Assembly (NCBI GenBank): GCA_965213685.1
Contig: CBDBZY010000009.1
Span: forward strand, 1-27,493
DNA from: a bacterium
Lineage (GTDB): Bacteria > UBA8248
Length of the DNA stretch: 27,493 nucleotides
Direction: 5' to 3'
Below, piece after piece: positions 26,569 through 27,493 of this stretch. Both the position numbers and the translations under genes were made by a program. Each line of letters opens with the position of its first letter. Positions within the stretch are counted from its first letter, which is position 1. The notes under the pieces are model-generated. The model saw only the letters and a program-made list of their open reading frames with translations. It ran no database searches and was not told the DNA's origin.

Positions 26569-27493
26569 CTAGGCGAAATCATTCGCCCAGGCGCTTCTCA
26601 GCTTTCGCATGTCATCCGCCGACAGCGGCGCCGCACCCGAGCAGGAGACCGCCTCGTCGAGCTGCGCGGCGTCCGAGAAGCCGACCAGGGCACAGGACAC
26701 CTCCTCGCGCATCAGGACGAAGCGAAGCGCGGCCTGGGCCAGGGTGCAGCCTTCCCGAACGAGAAACCCGATCCTCTGAGCGCGCGCCGCGTCCTCCGCG
26801 TATGCGGAGCCAAGCGAGAGCAGCGGGGGGCCTGCATCCAGAAAACCCAGCAGGTTGGGCCTGGCGGTGAGCGCGCCCAGGGCGAGGGCGCGAATCGCCA
26901 GCACCCCCATGCCCTTCTCCCCGGCGCGCCGGAGCAACAGCCCGTAGTCCAGCGCGCTGAAATCCTCCGGCACCGGATACGCCGCGCTCGGGTTGAGCAA
27001 GTTGAAATACGCCTGCATCGTGTGAAACGCGCCGCTGTCCACCAGGTCGGCCAGCGTGGCGGGATCCCCGATGCCGGTGAACCCGAAAAAGCGCGCGCGC
27101 CCGCGGTCGCGCAACGCCCGGAAACCCTCGAGCACGCCGCCTGTGCCGAAAATCTCGGAGGGGGAGAGCGCCTCTCCCACCGGCCACTCCCCCTCGGGGG
27201 CCACGTAGTTGTGAATCTGAATCACGTCGACGCGCGCCCGGCCCAGCCGCTCCAGGCTTCTCTCCACCGAGGCGACGACCGCCGCCGCCGGCGCGGCGCG
27301 CTCTGCCGCTGAGAGGCGAATCTTCGTCGCGAGGGTGACGTCCGCGCCCAATCGCCGCAACGCCGCGCCCAGGTTGGCCTCCGACCTCCCGTTTCCGTAG
27401 CCCATCGCCGTATCAAAAAAACGGACGCCCCTGTCCAGTGCGCCGCGAACCGCGCGGAGCTGCGCCTCGCGGTCGTCGCCCACCATCAGGCGG
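26569..27493 (-). CDS. Aldo/keto reductase family oxidoreductase; 5' end outside the window
   Basis: ALDRGVRFFDTAMGYGNGRSE, LATK, SVERSLERLG..RVDVIQIH, G....FGFT, YFNLL, TLAQAALRFVL, LVGFS...QL. The frame stays open to the window edge. Confidence 0.92.
   Translation of the reverse strand, partial: RLMVGDDREAQLRAVRGALDRGVRFFDTAMGYGNGRSEANLGAALRRLGADVTLATKIRLSAAERAAPAAAVVASVERSLERLGRARVDVIQIHNYVAPEGEWPVGEALSPSEIFGTGGVLEGFRALRDRGRARFFGFTGIGDPATLADLVDSGAFHTMQAYFNLLNPSAAYPVPEDFSALDYGLLLRRAGEKGMGVLAIRALALGALTARPNLLGFLDAGPPLLSLGSAYAEDAARAQRIGFLVREGCTLAQAALRFVLMREEVSCALVGFSDAAQLDEAVSCSGAAPLSADDMRKLRSAWANDFA

Overview
High-GC (roughly 68-70% by eye) bacterial chromosomal segment made up almost entirely of core housekeeping genes. 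Most lie on the minus strand. Reading right to left: an aldo/keto reductase (5' end outside the window), an MFS transporter, non-discriminating aspS, era, [rpsU on +], recO, argS, a SPOR-domain (FtsN/DedD-like) protein, then a tightly packed run of about 17.7 kb (lipA, alaC-like aminotransferase, hom, apgM-like gene, lysC, glyQ, glyS, ppdK, ribD, ribE, ribB(X), ribH, nusB, lptE, holA), [rpsT on +] and murJ (3' end outside the window). I see no tRNA, rRNA, CRISPR array, mobile element or defence system. Five normally essential genes near the two ends (murJ, holA, lptE, era, aspS) carry multiple small frameshifts, mostly in G/C runs, while the central ~20 kb is clean; this most likely reflects long-read consensus error. 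I found no obvious new multi-gene system. The most notable items are: an intact ApgM/iPGM-family gene between hom and lysC that appears to have lost most metal-binding residues (candidate pseudoenzyme); a RibB fused to a dead GTP cyclohydrolase II domain; a candidate internal SD+TTG start for an aspartokinase beta subunit; overlapping divergent rpsT/murJ promoters; and AT-rich IHF-like or promoter-like patches inside coding sequence. All family assignments are from motif recognition by eye, not database searches.
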